This document shows positions 59,614-64,000 of a stretch of DNA of 64,000 nucleotides, piece after piece. Position numbers and translations under genes: made by a program. Under the pieces are notes generated by a model. The model was not told where the DNA came from. It searched no databases and saw only the letters and a list, made by a program, of their open reading frames with translations. Positions within the stretch are counted from its first letter, which is position 1, and the number at the start of each line of letters is the position of its first letter. This stretch comes from an uncultured Pseudobdellovibrionaceae bacterium (GTDB taxonomy: Bacteria > Patescibacteriota > Minisyncoccia > Moranbacterales > GCA-2747515): positions 32,576-96,575 of the forward strand of contig CAYXCH010000006.1 in NCBI GenBank assembly GCA_964463705.1, written 5' to 3'.

Positions 59614-60846
59614 ATGAAACGGATGAGGATAACACGATGGCAACGCAATCATACCATGGTATTTTTAGCATGTGTTATGAGTGTGTCAATCATCGCCATT
59701 GTCTTCATCCGCTTATCTATGAATCAATTTAATGATACTGTTGCGGATTTTGAGGAGGAGATGTTCCGGCGGCAACTTTCACAACTTGCTCATATACAGC
59801 AATCTCGCTACCGTGATGTTCGCGATGAGTCACCACCCGTGCTACGCGCAATTCATGTTGCCGCGCTGGATCGGGAGCGCATGAAAACACAAGGATGTGT
59901 AGCAGATGGCTTACTTTCCGGATATGGAAATGAAGAGCGGAATATTGCGTTAATTAACCGTTTGGGGTGTTATTATTTGCACAGAGCGGTGGAGACATGG
60001 TTACGTGTTCCGGATTGGGAGATGGTGGAATTGTTAATGGCAAAGATTACACGCCCCAATATGGTATACGGAATGTTTATTGCAGAAGCGATTGATACAA
60101 CATCTCGGTATAAAAATACATTAACCGGAAAGAGGTTTTCTTTTAAGCGTATGTGTAAACCGGGGACGCGGAATCGTTGGGGAAAGCGAACCTGCGTTCC
60201 GGATTTTGACCGATCGGAATATCGGGCGTATGTAACACAAATTATGCGTGAAGCCATTGATCATGGAATTCAAGTATTTTTAATCGGACAGGTAGCGGTG
60301 CAAGATGCTCGTCGTGTAGAGCGTTCCGATATTGAGTCGGTATTGACTGCGGTTCGCAAGTATGCCGATGCGCGCGGTGTGGAGATTATGATCGGGGCTC
60401 AAACTAATGATATTACGGATAAAGATTATCTTCGCCTGTTTGATTTTATTGAGGGTGGCGTGGGACTTCATCCCGATGGAAGTATTGAGGATGGACCGTG
60501 TTTTTCCCGATATTTGGCACAAAATTGGTGTTGGGCGTTGGTATGGCATGAGCGCTATGCACGAAAAGCGCCGGCGGTATTCGTGCATTTGGACTGGAGC
60601 GGAATTCGTGATGATGATATGGCAACATTTGTTCAAATGTCACCCGACAAGAGATCACAAACCTTGCGATATCTGCATTCATTTTTTACCGAGCGGGGAG
60701 TCGGATTTTTATTGCCGGTATTTGCGGCACTTCCCCAAGAACACCCCGGGTGTTATGGAAATAAAAAACGTTACTATAGTGCGGATAAGCGATATGGATG
60801 TGCCGATGAGGACACGATCCGCAGTATATTATTGACAAATCAATGA
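59614..60846 (+). CDS. Hypothetical membrane-anchored extracytoplasmic protein
   Basis: N-terminal TM; alpha/beta pattern with paired Cys; family not recognised. Confidence 0.75.
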   Translation: MKRMRITRWQRNHTMVFLACVMSVSIIAIVFIRLSMNQFNDTVADFEEEMFRRQLSQLAHIQQSRYRDVRDESPPVLRAIHVAALDRERMKTQGCVADGLLSGYGNEERNIALINRLGCYYLHRAVETWLRVPDWEMVELLMAKITRPNMVYGMFIAEAIDTTSRYKNTLTGKRFSFKRMCKPGTRNRWGKRTCVPDFDRSEYRAYVTQIMREAIDHGIQVFLIGQVAVQDARRVERSDIESVLTAVRKYADARGVEIMIGAQTNDITDKDYLRLFDFIEGGVGLHPDGSIEDGPCFSRYLAQNWCWALVWHERYARKAPAVFVHLDWSGIRDDDMATFVQMSPDKRSQTLRYLHSFFTERGVGFLLPVFAALPQEHPGCYGNKKRYYSADKRYGCADEDTIRSILLTNQ

Positions 60847-60944
60847 TTATATTGTATTATACTATGTCACTTTGTGGATATGGATGTTGTGAAAAAGTGA
60901 CCGCGGTAAGTGTCTCTGGAGCAGTTATCCACAGTGTTTCCACA
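60832..60944 (+). promoter_or_regulatory. Promoter followed by four DnaA-box matches
   Basis: TTGACA-17-TATTAT (60832-60860); boxes at 60873, 60888, 60925 (perfect TTATCCACA), 60936. Confidence 0.65.
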
Positions 60945-60975
60945 GCACTTTCGTGGTAATCATTGACAATATTTT

Positions 60976-61452
60976 ATGAGTATTATCACAGCGCTCCTGG
61001 GTATATGGAGTGTTTCCGATACGGCATCGCCCTCACCGGAAGCGGTGCGGCAGCCCGTATCGGCGGAGGTGCGCACACAGGATGATGTGTTGCGCGACAC
61101 TGCTCGGGATCGCATATTGGCGCGATGGAAGTCACGCCAACGTGATAAATGGCATGCATTGCGTTCCAAATCATTTGTCGCAAATGTTTCTGCGTATACG
61201 GCGGCGGCGGATGAGTGTGGAAAAAGTGATGGAATTACCGCCAGTGGTGTAACGGTGATGGAGCGGCGTACGCTCGCCTGTCCCCCGGAGTATCCCTTCG
61301 GCGCACAGATTGAGATTGAAGGTGTCGGAACATTTGTCTGTGAAGATCGTGGAGGTGCCATTAAGGGAAATCGTTTTGATATCTATGTCAAAACAAAAGC
61401 AGAGGCATTTGCATTTGGTCGCCGGTATCTTGCAGTGCGTGTTATTCCATAA
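60976..61452 (+). CDS. 3D-domain (MltA-like) cell-wall protein
   Basis: SAY, GITASG, EDRGGAIKGNRFDIY, AFGRR. Confidence 0.9.
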   Translation: MSIITALLGIWSVSDTASPSPEAVRQPVSAEVRTQDDVLRDTARDRILARWKSRQRDKWHALRSKSFVANVSAYTAAADECGKSDGITASGVTVMERRTLACPPEYPFGAQIEIEGVGTFVCEDRGGAIKGNRFDIYVKTKAEAFAFGRRYLAVRVIP

Positions 61453-61453
61453 T

Positions 61454-61479
61454 AAAACTCCCCTATTGGGGAGTTTTTT
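61454..61479. terminator. Bidirectional terminator
   Basis: AAAACTCCCC-TATT-GGGGAGTTTT between convergent genes. Confidence 0.8.
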
Positions 61480-61480
61480 G

Positions 61481-61551
61481 TCGGGCCGCCGAGAATTGAA
61501 CTCGGGCCACACGCACCCGAAGCGTGCGTACTACCGTTATACTACGGCCCG
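61481..61551 (-). tRNA. tRNA-Pro(CGG)
   Basis: Minus-strand cloverleaf, CACGC-TTCGGGT-GCGTG. Confidence 0.93.
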
Positions 61552-61859
61552 TACAGCATTACGGTACCACACTATCTATAACTTGTCTATATTTTACCTA
61601 AACTTACCTGTTCCTGACTTAATATCAATCAAACATCACAAAAATTCACTGAGACAGTATCGGAGTCAAAAGGGTATGTTGGGTTGTTTTAGTACTCTAT
61701 TCTGGTGCGTTTATTTTACCAAGCTCGGACTTGATTTCAAAACAATTAAGTAGCGGTGCGGGTAAAGCCCGCGCTTTTATCTCGCGCGTCCTAACGGTAT
61801 GCGCGAAACAACTCAGCCACACCCATCGCCTCCACTATCGCTCCGGCGAGCCACAAAAA

Positions 61860-62334
61860 TTACAACGGACTTTTAATATTCTTCAACTTCGGATTTGTCA
61901 CTTGTGTATAGATTTGTGTTGTCCATATATTGCTGTGTCCCAGCAATTCTTGTACATATCGCACACCTGTTCCATTTTCTAATAAATGAGTAGCAAATGA
62001 ATGTCTCAAAGAGTGAAAAGTTGCAGGTTTGATCACCTTCGCTTTTGCTAAACTTTTCCGAAACATTTTTTGGAGTGATGTTGTTGTGAGATTTCCTCCA
62101 TGATTGGAAGCAAAAATTTAATCGCATTTAATGCAAGATTAATTGTTTGGGAAGACTGCTTTCGTCTGTGTTTATCAAGCAAAAAATCTTCAATTGCTTT
62201 TTGTTTATTTTTGATTCCAGCTTTTTAGAAAATCTGATATACTCTTTTATGTAAAGTAAATATGCTTTGCGAGTTTTTGGAGAATAGTTGCAAAGTCGCA
62301 ACAGTCGGTTGGTTTTCTTTAAAATTTTATCCGT
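61860..62334 (-). pseudogene. Integron-integrase-like tyrosine recombinase pseudogene
   Basis: SAM-like N-terminus (NYSPKTRKAY...[12 protein letters not shown]) with ACG in place of the start and a frameshift, joined directly to the C-terminus [13 protein letters not shown]...LGH...TTQIYT; central catalytic Arg/Lys region is missing. Confidence 0.85.
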
Positions 62335-62453
62335 ATTAAAATGGTATTAAGAGTTTGTATAACATACAAATTTTTGTTATAACTACAGTATAAAGTTCGG
62401 ATAGAAACTAGTTATATGCCATATTACTCGGGCAAAATTAATCAATTCAAATT

Positions 62454-62954
62454 ATGTCAGTAGAAAATTCATCAGGTTCATTTGAACAAGAACCACAACA
62501 AGATCCTATAATTCAAGAAATCTTGGGTGATTTATACAAGCCAGAAAAAATTCTCGCTAAAAAAGTTGAGCAAGTCAGTGAAGGTGAATTTAAAATTACT
62601 TTTGAGTTTCCTCCCTACGATCGCACTATTGAACCATTAGATCACGTTTCAATGTCTCAAATGCACGAGGCGGTTTTGGATGGTGCCCTATGTGCTATTG
62701 GACAAGTACTAAAAAATCAATCTATTAAGACAAATCTCGATTACCAAGAGTTCATGGATAGGCGACAAGATATAATCTACTATCGTGAGAATTTTTCCTT
62801 TCGTAAAATGTTAAAAGCAAATGAGTCTACTGAATTGATATTTCAAATAGTAAATGTAGAAGAAAAGAAATTACGTCGCACTTTTTACTCAGCTACAATC
62901 AAAATTGACGGGTTTATGCGTGGTGAAATAGAAGCATTACTCGAAAAAGTCTAA
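62454..62954 (+). CDS. Hypothetical protein, candidate gene cassette (possible hotdog fold)
   Basis: 166-aa low-GC ORF divergent from the integrase, preceded by GTTATAT at 62411. Confidence 0.72.
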   Translation: MSVENSSGSFEQEPQQDPIIQEILGDLYKPEKILAKKVEQVSEGEFKITFEFPPYDRTIEPLDHVSMSQMHEAVLDGALCAIGQVLKNQSIKTNLDYQEFMDRRQDIIYYRENFSFRKMLKANESTELIFQIVNVEEKKLRRTFYSATIKIDGFMRGEIEALLEKV

Positions 62955-63021
62955 TAAATTTTCCTAAATAAAACGCTAAAGGCACATTGCACTCTCACTC
63001 CGCTATCGCTCTGTTCGGCTC

Positions 63022-63120
63022 GCCTAACAAGCATATGCGGTTCACTCGTTGCACTTCACTTTCCTATATTCTTCTTCACTAAAACTACGAAGAACATCGC
63101 CCATACTGAAACATTATGTG
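63022..63120 (+). mobile_element. Degenerate attC-like site
   Basis: GCCTAAC (RYYYAAC) left end, CATATGCG/CGCCCATA inner boxes, TTCTTC/GAAGAA arm, right end ATTATGT in place of GTT-core. Confidence 0.45.
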
Positions 63121-63178
63121 GGGAGACTGCAAGTCAACTGACCGAAGGGGCAGTTTTAAAACAATCTTTCATGTCTAT

Positions 63179-63738
63179 TTAGGACAGGATTTCGTCTAAC
63201 AATTCAGGAATTTCTTGCTTAGGCAATTGACTTCCAAAGTGACCTCTATCTTCAAATATTAAGAATTTAGCATTTAATCCTTTTGCATTTTCTTCACCAG
63301 ATGCAAACGGAACCCAATTATCATCTTTGGAATGTAGAACGACAAATTTATCACAATGATTTTTAATTTTCTGAAAATCATATGGTCCTTCTTCATAAAA
63401 ACCATTCGTATTGGCTTTCCTGTTTTTTTCAGAAACAGATGGATTATTTGCAGCAATGAGAATTACCTTTTTACTTTTTTGTCTTGTGGTTGTTTTTGTA
63501 GCCAACGTAAAATAGCAACTCCTCCTCTGGAATGACCGATAAGAATACTATCTTTATCTGGATTAAGTTTATCAATTTCATTAATCCATTCACTCAATAC
63601 GGGATCACTAGGTTTTGGTAATTCGGGTGCAAGACATTTTATCCCTCTGTTTTTCATTTCACTAATAAGCCAAGGATACCATTTTTGTGATGGGTTTGTG
63701 TCTTTGCCGTGTATCAAAATTACATTTAATTCGTTCAT
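63179..63738 (-). pseudogene. RBBP9/YdeN-family alpha/beta hydrolase, frameshifted
   Basis: IHG...WYPWL, GHSRGG in one frame; HSKDD..VP and GHF in another; shift within A-runs near 63470. Confidence 0.8.
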
Positions 63739-63947
63739 AAGATATGATAAATTGGTTTATGTAAAGTTAATTTAAGAAATTCTATCCTCCTATTTTTTAG
63801 GAGGATCGTTTTAACATTGCGTGTGTATAGTATAACATCAGGATTGTGAGAAATTTTCGACTGAAAGGAGAAAATTTGGGAGAGTGCCTCGGTCCGGCGT
63901 CCGCATCGCCAAAAGAAAAGTCGGCAAAATACCGACAAGTCAAATTC

Positions 63948-64000
63948 TGGTGCCGCGGGCGGGACTTGAACCCGCACAGCGCGTGGGCGCCAGAGGATTT
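63948..64000 (-). tRNA. 3' part of a tRNA-Leu (anticodon cut off by the window edge)
   Basis: Long variable arm, GGGTTCAAGTCCC, CCGCGGC-A-CCA. Confidence 0.85.

Noticed and set aside
63460-63485. Programmed -1 frameshift in the YdeN-like hydrolase
   Set aside because: No in-frame canonical slippery heptamer or stimulatory structure; mutation or sequencing error is simpler

Overview
64 kb of core chromosome from a small-genome bacterium. The gene repertoire, the absence of obvious Shine-Dalgarno sites and the VirB4/PrgI locus suggest Patescibacteria (CPR, Parcubacteria-like); this is inference. Standard code 11 fits. The window spans the replication origin: dnaA-dnaN-dciA, DnaA-box clusters on both sides of dnaA, and a visible C-to-G skew switch. 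It carries housekeeping genes (thrS, miaA, gatB, nrdAB, sod, ahpC, PBP1A, ruvB, ruvC, yebC, infB, rplS) and 8 tRNA genes. Notable non-routine elements: (1) a ~550-nt, highly structured transcript with its own promoter and terminator and no convincing ORF, upstream of yraN and a T4SS-like operon; (2) a second ~180-nt four-way-junction RNA candidate between ruvB and dciA; (3) an operon of a 7TM protein, four ATP-grasp ligases (one fused to an aspartyl protease) and a DUF1704/MATCAP-like HExxxH carboxypeptidase, a candidate peptide-tag writer/eraser system; (4) an acyltransferase-ACP-acyl ligase fusion plus a phosphopantetheinyl transferase, a candidate lipid-salvage module; (5) a PilB/GspE ATPase with two complete motor modules in one chain; (6) a decayed integron-like element in a low-GC island between tRNA-Pro and tRNA-Leu. 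All family calls come from motif recognition by eye; no searches were run.
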